Assembly (NCBI RefSeq): GCF_009914755.1
Contig: NC_060928.1
Strand: one strand, 5' to 3'
Source: the human T2T-CHM13v2.0 reference genome, Homo sapiens
DNA: 64,000 nucleotides
Part shown: positions 1 to 12,511 of the stretch, piece by piece
Layout: the number at the start of each line of letters is the position of its first letter
Position numbering within the stretch: position 1 is the first letter of the stretch
Translations under genes and position numbers: made by a program
The notes under the pieces: model-generated
Database searches by the model: none
Told to the model about the DNA's origin: nothing
Seen by the model: the letters and a program-made list of their open reading frames with translations, nothing else

Positions 1-1184
1 GATTCAATCTGGTGGGCATGTTTTTAACAGGACAGTGAAAGGTCTGATTTATGTTTTTAAAACATTAGTCTGGCAGCTATGAGGAGAATCACTATTGACA
101 AATTTGCTCAGCTTTGGGGTAAACAAGACACTGATACGTAGCATTTTACTTGGAGTTCAGAATGGCTTGAACAAATCTGTGCTAAAAATGACAGTGGAGA
201 AGTCCTGATATCCTTTAGTAGTATGTTTTTAACAATTTTCCGGGGGCTGAGCCTCAATCCTCCTCATTAAAATGATCAGAAAAGCAGAGAGGGTTATTGG
301 AGAAAAGGACTAACGATTTTAGTTTTGTTTCAGTTGTTCGGAGGCAATATTATAAAGGCTAATGAACTGGATTCAAAATCAGCTGGTATGAAAAGTAACT
401 GTGCCCGCGTGCCTGGAGAGAGTTAATGTATCTCCAAGAACATTTACTGACAAGTAGTAATTTGGGAACAAGAAAAATGGAGTCTCCCAAGTCCTATTTC
501 AGAGACTGAGTGAGGCAAGCTTCTTGGATCTCTACCTTGGATATCTCCTTTATTCTTCAGTCTTGCAATCCATATTGCCTCAGCAATATGGAAACATTAA
601 TGTTGTCCATTCTTGGAAAGATAAATTAATATCATTGTTAATTATAGGGTATTGTATAAATATTTGGATTTTTATAACTTTGTTAAAGTAGGGAGTCAAA
701 GGTTGTTTCTCACTAAAGTGGATGATAATAGACTGTTACTGGGCACCTACATTGAATAACTCAAGGAGAACAATCATATCATCCACATGGACAAATCCTT
801 TGTGTCTAAAATACATCAAATTCAATCCTCACTATTAGTATAACAGCAGGAGAAACTAAAAGTATGACACGTGGACTTGAACCTGTGCTGTTTTCAAGCA
901 TGCAATTTGACTTACTTCTTCCTTAAGTATAAATTAGATGAAGGTTCAGACCATGCTTTGTTTTGTTTATAATCTCTGAATATTTCTACCTTCTCTGCCG
1001 TGGTGTTTGTTTGCTTTGTGTCTACAGTGTAGGTATTTGTTAAATTGTGACTCTCTAGAACAGCTGAACACTGATGTCATATGAAAATCTCAAAAGAATA
1101 TTTGCTTTATTTAATATCCATATTAGAGAAACAACCCATTAAGGAAAGTGTAGAAACTCATTAATTTATGTATTATTTTTATCT

Positions 1185-1690
1185 ATTTATTTATTCATTC
1201 ACATTACATTTGATGAACATCTAATATGGATCTAGAGCAGTACTAAGGGACAAATTTATAAAAGATAAATAAGATATAGGTTGTCTTAGATGGGCTGACG
1301 TTCTAGTGGGGTAATTATAACATAATTTAATAAGTACTTTGTGGCATAGAACAAAATGCTAATGTCGCATGCAAGAGGGAAATATTTCTTTTGCTAGAAA
1401 GGATAAGGGGAATCTTTTAATAAAGGGTGATATTTGAGAGAGGTTTTCAAAGAACAGTAGGATTTTCTCATGTGAAGAATAATGATGACCCCCAAAAGTA
1501 CAGAGTCATAGAAGCATAAGGCATAATCAGGACAAAGCAAGTAGTCTAGTGGAATTAAATATGGGATATATAGGGAAATAGATGGGAAATGGGATTGAAA
1601 CATTGAATGGGGCCACCTGTAAAGAACAGTTACGTCATGCTAAGGAATTGTATTTTATAAATGACAGATAGTCAATAAAGGTATTTGACT
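1185..1690 (-). mobile_element. L2 LINE relic (3' end)
   Basis: Begins ATTCATTC..CATTTGATGAACATCT..., resembling the reverse-complemented L2 3' end, followed by purine-rich L2-like body; highly diverged. Confidence 0.55.
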
Positions 1691-1692
1691 AT

Positions 1693-2492
1693 TATAATGA
1701 ACTGAATTCTGTGCCTGCACCCCCCAAATTTGTATGTTGGAGTACTAAGCCTGCAATGTGACAGTTTTTGGAGATAGGCCCTTTAAAGAGGTAATAAAGG
1801 TTAAATGAAATCATAAGAGTGGGGCTTTATGCAACATAACTGGTGTCCTTATACAAAGTGGAAGAAATACCAGGGATGTGTGCACACAGAGAAAAGGCCA
1901 TGTGAGGATACAGTGAGACAGCGGCCATCCAAAAGCCAAGGAGAAAGGCCTCAGGAGAAACCAAACCTGCTGACACATTGACCTTGGATTTCCAGCCTTC
2001 AGAAATACGAGAAATTGAAGTTCTGTTGTTTGAGCCACCTAGACTGTGGTATTTTCTTATGGCAGCCTGATATGGTTTGTTTGTGTCCCCACCCAAATCT
2101 CATTTTGAATTTTAGTTCCCATAATCCCCACATGTCATGGAAGGGACCTGGTGGGAGGTTATTGAATCATGGGGGCAGTTACCCCCATGCTGCTGTTCTC
2201 GTGATAGTGAGTGACTTCTCACGAGATCTGTTGCTTTTATAAGGGGCTTTTCCCTCTTTGCTCAGCACTTCTCTTTCCTGCCATCATGTGAAGAAGGACT
2301 TGTTTGCTTCCCCTTCCACCATGACTGTAAGTATCCTGAGACCTCCCCAGCCATGAGGAACTGTGAGCCAATTAAAACTCTTTCCTTTATAAATTACCTA
2401 GTCTCAGGTAATTGTTTATGAGAGTTCTTTAACTAGTCTCAGGTAGTTCATCATGAGAATGGACTAATACACAGCCCTACCAGACTAAGACA
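1693..2492 (+). mobile_element. MLT1A-type MaLR solo LTR, split by a THE1 insertion
   Basis: Motifs GGAGATAGGCCCTTTAAAGAGGTAA, AAAAGGCCATGTGAGGATACAG, GGCCTCAGGAGAAACCAAACCTGCTGACAC. Resumes after THE1 as CAGCCCTACCAGACTAAGACA, ending at 2492. Confidence 0.85.
2068..2471 (+). mobile_element. THE1 (THE1C-like) MaLR solo LTR
   Basis: Starts TGATATGGTTTG..TGTCCCCACCCAAATCTCAT and ends GGACTAATACA; perfect 5-bp TSD CAGCC at 2063-2067 and 2472-2476. Confidence 0.92.
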
Positions 2493-2729
2493 ACTGCTAA
2501 ATTATTTTGTAGAATTTTTCCTCTTTGATTTCTGAATTATTGCTGTCTCTGGTTATGTTCCTGTCCCATTCATTATTACTTTTCTGCATTCTTTTTGTCT
2601 CATGCCTATTTTTAGTCTCCTTTAATGCTGATTTCTTGCATGTTGTTCTCCAGATTTTTGTTGGTGGTGTTGTTTTATCCTTAGCTTGTTGTTTACTTCT
2701 CAGTTTATATATTCTTCTTAGTCAAATTT

Positions 2730-3200
2730 ATCCAATTCTATAATGTAAATATTGCCTGAATGCTAGTGACTTCAAATCCCTGTAAGCACAGACTTTCCTT
2801 CTGAGCTCTTGATTGATACATACTGTACATACTGATGCTTATTCCACATGTTCACACCCCCCTGTCACACAGGTAGCTCAAAAACAGCATGTTCCAAAAT
2901 GAATTCTTATGTTTGGTCCTGAATCTATTTGTGTAATCTAATTCAGAAAATATTTTCACCATCTACTCAGTTACCTAAATTGGAATTATGAGAATCATTC
3001 TACACTTATCCTCCTGTTTAGAAGTCCAATTAATCCCCAATATCCAAAAATCCTCCCTCTGTAGCATTTCTATTATTGGACTTTCCTGTCAATTCCTTTG
3101 GCACTGCTTTGGGTCAGGCACGAACTGTTTCTTAGATACACTAGCCTCCTAATTGGCGGGGTTTGGGTTTGTACCACTTCCTTTCTATGAAAGCTAGTTA
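2730..3200 (+). mobile_element. L2 relic
   Basis: Diverged L2-like motifs (TGACTTCAAATC..TTCTGAGCTC.., CAGCATGTTCCAAAATGAATTC, CACCATCTACTCAGTTACC). Confidence 0.5.
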
Positions 3201-4940
3201 TTTCTGCATACCTTATAATTTTAAGATGATAACTTGGTGGAATATGTCTGTGATTGGACAGTTAAAATTCCATCTAGCTTTGGATGTTTCATTTAATGTA
3301 GAGTTTCCTACACAAGATGAATGAGCACTGTAACATTGACACATAATGCCTTTAGGGTTATTTCAGCCTAAACAAATTAGAATTCTTAATGTGATATTTA
3401 GCAATTAAGGATCATTAAGATGAGTCAGCTTCCTAGAATAAGAGACTTTTTTGTCTTTATGTAAATCATGATCTTTGTCTAAATATTTACTTGTGTAGCT
3501 GAGACTAAAATTTAAATACAGTCTTTTTGAAATTCTTAGTGCACCCCCATTTTCCTTGAGCAATAATCTATAACAGCTGGTCAGCCTGAGCTGAACGAAT
3601 ACATTCATTCCCTTAACTCTTTTGGTAACCATTGCCCAGGATAAATGTTTAACTTCTAGAATCTTCTAACTTTTTTGGTTCATTCCTTTTTCCTCAAAGA
3701 TAGATTCAAATCTGCTTTATAGTTCCATTCATTTCCTCATACAGCTCTATTTTTTGCTTTTCAAGGTCATAAATCCAGTAAAAATTTCAAATGCCTTGGC
3801 CTTCACAATTCGTGAGTGGTGGTAGTTCAGATTTTTTAGCCTGGGATATAGTAGTGTGTCAACTGAATTTGAAAAGAAAATCATAAACTGTCGAACTAGA
3901 AGCTAAATGCACACAAAGTAAAAATGCTCTTATTTCTTCTGTAGTTTCATCTCTTACCAAGAAGTTTCTTATATCATTTCCATGAATTTTGTTATGCTTG
4001 CACAACATACCGTGAAACATTCTGTTGGAAAATGTGACAGAAAAGCCACTGAGAAAATGCAGAATTCAGTAGGTATCATATTTTTATTAATGATTTTTAT
4101 TCATAGCTGACTTTTAATTTCTATCATCTTTTTAAATTGAATATGCATGCTTTTTTATTGCTGTTGTTTTTATAGCTGGGAAAAATCAATGAATTAATTG
4201 GTTGGGTAAATCAATGAGATAGTACAGATTGCCTGTCTCTGAAAGAAAGGAAAGCTACCTGATTCTGAAAGCACAGCATTTCTGTTACCTATAAAGAAGA
4301 ATTACTGGTATACAAATGACAAAAAGCCTAATTAGAATTGTTTGCCTTATGCTTGATGTTGCAGTGGAAAGTGGCAAAAAGAGGCGGGGACAGTTTTCCC
4401 CACTACATTACCCTTCCTCAACTAAAGCTAATTTGGAACTCAAGAACAAGCCCGTGGGGTTTTCAGTCTTATCAGTCTTGACGTAATGAAACTAGACAGC
4501 CCCTCTGTTTCCCACTGTCACTTAGCCAGATGAGGAGAAAACAAAAATAAAAATGAGTGACTTCTCAGATTGGTGCTGGTTCTTAAGGCTGTGGTAGCTT
4601 TAGGGTACCACAAGATGCCAGTGTTTTAGAGCTTTGTTACTCACGAATAGAGGGCTGGCTGGTTATCGTTGTCCAGTTACTGAAAAAAAAGACAACTGTG
4701 CTGGGTAAAAGCATACTGCTCTTATGTTTTTCTTTTTCCTCATAATAAATGTATGCCATACAATGCTATTTGAAGAAATCATGGATTATTGATAGTAAAA
4801 CCTTTTAAAATGAAGAAAAAAGGTAGAGGCATCATCCTTTAAGCAAAAGAAGATCTAAAGTTATCTTCACTAAGTTACTTTCTGCTATCCCATGATATGA
4901 ACATGCTGTGGGATAAAGTATATTAATATAAAGTATGGGA

Positions 4941-5007
4941 TAAAATATATATATATATATTTTTTTTTTTAGCCTGGGAGATATATATAGAGAGAGAGAG
5001 ACAGAGA

Positions 5008-5046
<39 letters not shown>
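4941..5046. repeat. Compound microsatellite (TA)n-poly(T)-(TA)n-(GA)n
   Basis: Directly visible dinucleotide and homopolymer runs. Confidence 0.95.
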
Positions 5047-5050
<4 letters not shown>

Positions 5051-5098
5051 CTAAAATTTTGGTCTTTGGGTTAACACTTGGTTTTAAATCTTTTTCTT

Positions 5099-5392
5099 TT
5101 CTCTTTCTTTCTTCCTTTTTTTTTTTTTTTTTTTTTTTTTGGAGATGGAGTATTGCTCTGTTGCCCAGGCTGTGCCGCCGCCTTCCAGGTTCAAGTAATT
5201 CTCCTACCTCAGCCTCCCAAGTAGCTGGGATTACAGGCATGTGCCACCACACCCAGCTAAATTTTGTATTTTTAGTAGAGATGGGGTTTTGCCATGTTGG
5301 CCAGGCTGGTCTTGAACTCCTGACCTCAGGTGATCCATCTGCCTTGGCCTCCCACAGTGCTGGGATTACAGGTGTGAGCCACTGCGGCCAGC
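5099..5392 (-). mobile_element. AluSx-type SINE with internal deletion, inserted in a MIR
   Basis: Poly(T) tail, TGACCTCAGGTGATCC, 15-bp TSD TTAAATCTTTTTCTT (5084-5098 and 5393-5407). About 30 bp of the right arm is missing after CCCAGGCTG. Confidence 0.95.
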
Positions 5393-5407
5393 TTAAATCT
5401 TTTTCTT

Positions 5408-5575
5408 AATGATTTTGTATTCCTGAGTAAGTTAGTTAACTTTCATAAGCTTAAATATCATATGTAAAATGAATAAAAATACCTAGTTGATTAGTGTTTT
5501 GTGAAGATTAAAGGAAATGATATATATTATTGCTTAGGCTAGCTTCTGGCCTTGCTCAGCATTCAGTAGAGGGCA
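5408..5575 (+). mobile_element. MIR SINE (5' part left of the Alu, about 5055-5098)
   Basis: GAGTAAGTTAGTTAAC..TGTAAAATGAATAAAAATACCTA..TGTGAAGATTAAA matches the MIR core. Confidence 0.65.
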
Positions 5576-7084
5576 CTGTTGAAGAAGAAAAAAATGAAGA
5601 TGATCAACAAAAAGATGTTTTTCTTTATAAAAAGTTTGTTATTCCTACTCGTAAAATGAAACAAAGAAGTCCTGATTAGATGCATTTACCCCTACAGTTA
5701 TACAGTCTTTAACTACATCTTAAATGTTCACTACTCTAATTTTTATTTTCTTAGAGTTGCAGTCATATCTGAGCTAGAGGTTATTTAAAACAGATTCATT
5801 AAATATTATCATCAGAGCTATAATTTATTGTTTATTATGTCCCATACTTTGCTATGCTCTTTACAGGCAAGCTAAAAAAATTGACTGAAGTTACACAGCT
5901 AAGAAACTACAATGTTAGTATTCAAATCCATGTCTTATTTCAAAATTTATGCTCTTATCCAGTTTTGTTAAATTTTCCTCTAAGTTGCAGATTTATATCC
6001 AGAATTGGTGGCAGCAGAAATGCAGATGTATCTGATATCTGGGATAAGACTGAGTACATGAAGTTGTTGGATAAAATTGGAAAGACTTTATGGGAAACAC
6101 AAACAGCTTTGTATTCCTAAATTATTCTTATTTTCTAGAATAATTCAAATTATCTAAACTACTATAAAAGTCAATGAATTCTGGCTACTCTGTAATAGTA
6201 GTTTGGGAATTCCCTGTGAAAACCAGCTTCTCTTCTGATTTTGTGTAACTTATGCAGTAGGGACATTCAACTCAATTTTCCCCGAACTGTTCGTTGTCTA
6301 GGGCCAATTCAAACAAAGGACACATTCTCAATGGCTTTCTGGAATGCTAAGCGTGATGATGGGCCACCTTACTGCCAACCTGTGCTTTTTGGATGTATCC
6401 AACTTATGTACTGATTATATGAAATCTGGACTATCTGCCTTGCCTGCTGTCTTCCTAATAGACAGTGCTACAAAGAATACAGCTGCTCAGTCCACATGAA
6501 CCCATCATCAACCATAAATGCCAAAGTGCCCTCCTATAAAAGCAAAGTCTTTATGACTCCACATATGCAAGACATTTTCATGACTGGTAATAGAAGCTGA
6601 AATATGAGTTGTTAATACCATATACATTTTGTTCTGAAAAAGTAAAATGTGGTGTTATGCCCTGGGCACTTCTGAAAACTCAAAATTCCTAGGTATTTAG
6701 AAGTTTCAACAACCCCATACATAGCCTTTTCCTAGTTCTCTATTGATGATTCAGTGGGCCTTGAACTTCTGTGAAAAGCTGCAATCTCTTTAAAGCAGAA
6801 AAACAGATAAGAAGAAAAACTAGCCTTTTACAATGGAAGGAAAATAGGGTCCCGGGAATGGCCATGAAACAAGGAAACAGATCAAGTATGTCCTATGGTT
6901 ATGTATTATTAACATGACAGATGAAGATAAGATTATGAATTGAATCTCTGCCAATGCAAAGATTGAGGAAATGAAGCAAAGGACATAAACTGTGTAGGAT
7001 GGTAAAGTGTTATAATTGGTGTTACTTGCTTTTGTTGTGAAGAAAGTGGGATCTGACTATGTCTGTGAGGAAGGATATGTAAAT

Positions 7085-7197
7085 TTGTATGTATATATAA
7101 TGAATATATACTATATATACACACACTATATATGTACATACTATAATATATACGTATAGACATTCACATATATGAATATACATGCATATATATAAAA
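7085..7197. repeat. TA/CA-rich low-complexity microsatellite
   Basis: Imperfect (TA)n/(TATACA)n visible. Confidence 0.8.
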
Positions 7198-9379
7198 CCA
7201 GATGGATGGTTATATATCTTCTTCCCTAGTTTGTTCTTACTACATTTGATGTAGATTTGTTCTAATTGGTGCCTTAAATAATTTGGCCTAGACCATAATA
7301 AAAACACCCAGTTCTAAGGAGTTTGGTTCTACAATTTTAAAATTTATTTATACACTAAGGTTGGTTATGGGCAGGGCGGTGAAATCATTTGAGTTGTAAA
7401 ATTGGGTAAGAGAAAAGTTTTACTGATTTGATTAAAAACCCATCTGAGTGCTTGCTACGTTCAGCATTTATGTGAGACTCTGTCAGGTAGAAATATGTCA
7501 CTGAAAGGCATCAGTTCTTTTGCAATCTGGTCTGAAATATCTGATGGGAAATGAAAAGCCATTATGGCTACCTGGTAGCAAGTCCAATTACAAATGACTC
7601 CAGAGCCCTCTGCAATGTGACCTGACTCTAAATCATCCTTTAGGATTGTCATCCAGTCTGCTGGCCCTCTGCTTTCTGCCTACTCACATGTAATTGGGAA
7701 ATGGAAGGTACTTATCTATCTTGTTGATGGCACTGTGCTCATTTGATAACAGTTGCTCCACAAGAGCACAAGAAGGAAAGTGCATTTGCTGTAGCTATAA
7801 GTTTACTCACTGAAGTGAGTAAATCATGGATATTGCAATTGGACAAATAGACATTGGGAAGAGGGGGTGGGGTAATTGGACTTTTTCTTTTAAAAAGGAA
7901 CAATAAAATAAACCTTGTTCTTCACCCTCTTTACTTGACTTCTATTATCTTATTTATGAAAAATACACACAAAAGAAGAAAGAAATATGAAACTAGTATC
8001 GAAGGAGTTAGAAAGAGACAGTCATTTGTATTCTTGGCAGAAGAAGAATCTAAACTAAATATTAGGAGTAACTTTCACTCTCTTGATACAGACATCCTTC
8101 AAGAATTCTCCTTTCGTAGGAGGAAGCTGTCTTTCTTTTCTTGTCCCAATACTACACTGAAAATGCTATCTTTTTTTCTTTGCTCTGGAGTCAGCCTAGT
8201 TAGGGAGTCAAGGCTTGTTTTGCAGTAGAATACTGCACCAGGCTCGTTTCATGTTGATCTTGCAAAATTCGGAGTTGTGAATATTCACTGCAGGTGTCCT
8301 GCTAAGGGAGTAAATTTTCACAGACTAAACAGGCACTAAAGAAGTCCATTCAGATGTAAGAATTGAATGTAGGGGTTTTATGTTTTTATACATTTTTTAT
8401 GAATTATAAAAAATAAATGAACAAAAACCATATCTGCAAATAATCAGAGGGATCTAAAACCATGTTTAGAGATTTGCAGATAAAAATTTTCACCTCAGCA
8501 AGCATTGAGGAATGTTTTGTTAAAGTGCTGTCACAGTCATAAAAGCAATGATTTTACATCTTTTATTAGCGCTTCTGATTTAGAAAGCTGAAAAGCACAT
8601 TGATTCATATGTGAAAATGAAAATACCCAAACCAAAACCTTTTTCTTTTTGATAATAAATTTTTGTTTACTTCTGAGGATGGTCTTACGTTCTTTTCTGG
8701 TATATTAGTAGCAAAACTGTTTCTTACAACCTGAAGCAAATAACTTTATTTGGGGCTTTATAAGGATGATCGATTTCTTAAGAAAAAGAGGAGTAGGATT
8801 AGGTAATCCACAGGAGTTGTTGTTTTAATAACTTAAAATTATTTGAAGTATTCAAATCTAGCATGGAAATACTAAAATTTAGTGATGCTGATATAGTTTT
8901 AAACCATCATAATACTACTAATCAAATTGATCATTCAAATTATATAACCTTGATAAATTCTTTCCAATTTAATATTACAAAACACGTGGATTTCTTTAAG
9001 ACACTGTTAACATGGGCATTCTGAGTTTCCTTTTACATCTGAAGTTTTATAAGATGAAGGCTCTTGCCCAAAGCCACACGCAGAGCTGGGATTAAAATGA
9101 TTGAGTCCTTTCTCCTGGTCCTGCCTTTCTCTTCACTTGACAATACATCACCCAGCAAAGGAGCAAATCAATAATAATGAAAACTTCCTCTTTCTCCCTG
9201 GAGTGTTAAAGAGAACGGGTTCACAGAGCAATATCTACAGCAGCACCGGCTGCTTGTTGGCCAAGACCTTAGCCATTTTGGTGCGGGGCAGTGGGGCTAC
9301 TTGGGATGGGTAGCCTGGGGATGAAAATGCAGTAAATGATGAGAATGGCAGAGACTAGAGCCCTATGGGCTAAACATAG

Positions 9380-9540
9380 GCCATCTCAACCCCGACACTG
9401 ATCGGCTTTGTGACTTTGAGCTAATCACATAATTCCTCTGTGCTTTACTTTGGCCACCAGCAAAATGGGACATGGAGGCAGGATAAACTTGCTCTCCACA
9501 GTCATGATATTAAATCAATTGCTGGGAACTATTTCAAAAC
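9380..9540 (+). mobile_element. MIR SINE
   Basis: GCTTTGTGACTTTGAGCTAATCACATAATTCCTCTGTGC..CAAAATGGG matches the MIR core. Confidence 0.6.
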
Positions 9541-11698
9541 ACAGGTGCCAGAGGTGGGTGGTGTTTTCTGTATTGATCTTCATTCTAAATCAAGTTGGCA
9601 TTCTAAAAATCTTTATTAGGGGATGTATTCATGTGTAACTTTGTTGGGACAAAGTATGATGGGTTTGAACAATAACAAGTGGAACTGAGACCAATATGTA
9701 GTGTGTTAAAATGACTTAAAAGATTTTTAAATTCTAAAAGGATTATTGATTTTTTTTTTCTAGAATAGCAGCAGTTTAGATGACTTTTCAGCTTAACACA
9801 ATTTCCCTGAATCAGGCCCCTGCATACTCTTCCAGGATCCGTAGCTCCCTGCAGTATACCCTCATCCCAGCACTCCTATTAGTCATCATGGGGTCTGTGG
9901 CTTTTGCTAAACTAATCCCTGATTCTGGTACTCTGCCTGCTGGTAGACCACTGACACTCCCACCCAGCAGCTGCCATGGCCATCTTTTGGGGATGACTTT
10001 CCCAGGATGCTCTTTCCCAGTGGTCCCTGGTGTTGAACTGATCCCAAGGCTAAAATTATTTCAGATGTTTCAAAACGTAGTTATTTTCCTTTTAGCATCC
10101 ACAAAGTCCCATAGGAAGCAGATCCCTTAGTCTCTACCTCAAATTCATTAGTTTATTGGGACTTAGAAACCAAACTATGTGAGGGTAGAGGTAGAGTCTG
10201 AAATCTTTCATTCTTATGATCTCCCTTCTGGTTCTTTTGCATAACATTCCTCTATGTTTCTTTATTTAAAATGCAAACCCTCTCATGCTTCTCTACTAGA
10301 AACTCCAAAGGAAGTACAGGACTCTGCCCCAGAAGTTCCACAAACAGCTAAATTTTTGAGTCCAAGTTTGGGCTTAAAGGGGATTCACTTCAGTTATATA
10401 AAAGCAACAAAACAATTTTTAAAACTCAATCTAAAATATTAATGTTTTCTTTTAAATTAGCTTATATTTCTTTCTTCATTCTATCCAGGATTTACTAATA
10501 TTTACTAATAATTATATATGCCTATAATAGTTGCTTAGAAAAGGAAGCAATAATGTCTGCTAGGTTGATCTATATGAACTTTACACATTTTAAATGTTTT
10601 TGATCTACAGAAATCATAGTTTAATATGCTGTAGCCTAAGTCCTTCCATTCTTCCTGAAAAACATGCTTCATTTCTGAGGTTGTCAATTAAAAAAATTAT
10701 CTGTGGTTAAAAAATACCTTATCTGGGCTAGGTGGACTGAACCAATCAGCAGTCTGTGATCTCATTACTTAGCATATTTGATTAAAGTTTTTGGCCAAGA
10801 GGCACATATTTACTAATCACCAAACTTAGACTCTGTCAAGTCTTGCCTGTGCATAAATATTTTGAAATATCACATTGAAATTAGAAAGTATATTTTTCTC
10901 ATTCCCCGTTTTATGTAGCATCTCTGATCTGAACAGGACATACCAAAACATGTAGCTCAAATATCTCACTTTTCAAAGGAGAAAATTCTAATACCAAATG
11001 AAGAACTGCCTGGCTCAAAATAACTCAGCTCTAATAGTGGGATGAGTCAGGGTGAGGGGTGGGAAAGGATGAAGTTAAAGGATTATCAGTCATTAGTCAG
11101 TGGAAAAGGAGAGGATCTTACCAGTATTGCTTGAAAATGGCAGACATTGATATACATGAAATTGTCCTTATAAATTCCCACCATCACTGAGCTCTAACTG
11201 AGAATGGTGTACTCACCCTCTCTACTTTGGAAACACATGCACACACACCTTCAGATTTTACATTGCTGTATGTCTTCTTACACCCTTCAATATTTCATTG
11301 GATATTCATTTTATTATTACTTAGGCTGTATAAAAGTGTCATAGTTGTCAAATGATCAGTAGAGAGAGACTCCTGTGAGACTGAGTGGTGGAAAACTGCA
11401 TCAGCTGTAGTCAGAACTAATGAATAAGTCATGTGACAGGACAACAATAGTTTGACATCTGACCTTCTATCTACTTGGTATTAAATGTTGGTGGCTAAGG
11501 TCTCACTGCTGTGCACACAGAAGTAAACTGTAATGAGGTGCAGAGTGAGAGCACAGTGACTGTAGGTGCACTTCAGACATGAGCAAGCCAGAAGAAGCAA
11601 GAGAGAAAACTGTGGCAGTGATTGATTTCTTTTGAGTACTAGTCAGTTTATAGTGGCTTCCAAAATAAAATGCTCAGAAAGATTCTGAGGCTCTCTTA

Positions 11699-12073
<375 letters not shown>

Positions 12074-12128
12074 TTAAAGGAAAATATTAACTTTCTCATC
12101 TGTCTGCTTTTGGTTTAAATTTTGGTAA

Positions 12129-12448
<320 letters not shown>

Positions 12449-12511
12449 ACACAGTCATATCTTAAAAGAGTTCCCTTTCTACTTATTTCTTTCAATAGAA
12501 TATTGTCTGTA

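Noticed and set aside
569-592. Hairpin TCCATATTGC-CTCA-GCAATATGGA
   Set aside because: About one 10-bp-arm palindrome is expected by chance in 64 kb of AT-rich DNA; too short for a miRNA.
4923-5409. ORFs over 100 aa (also 11696-12061, 24038-24340 and similar)
   Set aside because: Typical Alu and microsatellite translations (LLPRLECSG.., [10 protein letters not shown]).
7802-7823. Palindrome TTTACTCACT-GA-AGTGAGTAAA
   Set aside because: Same chance expectation; no supporting context.
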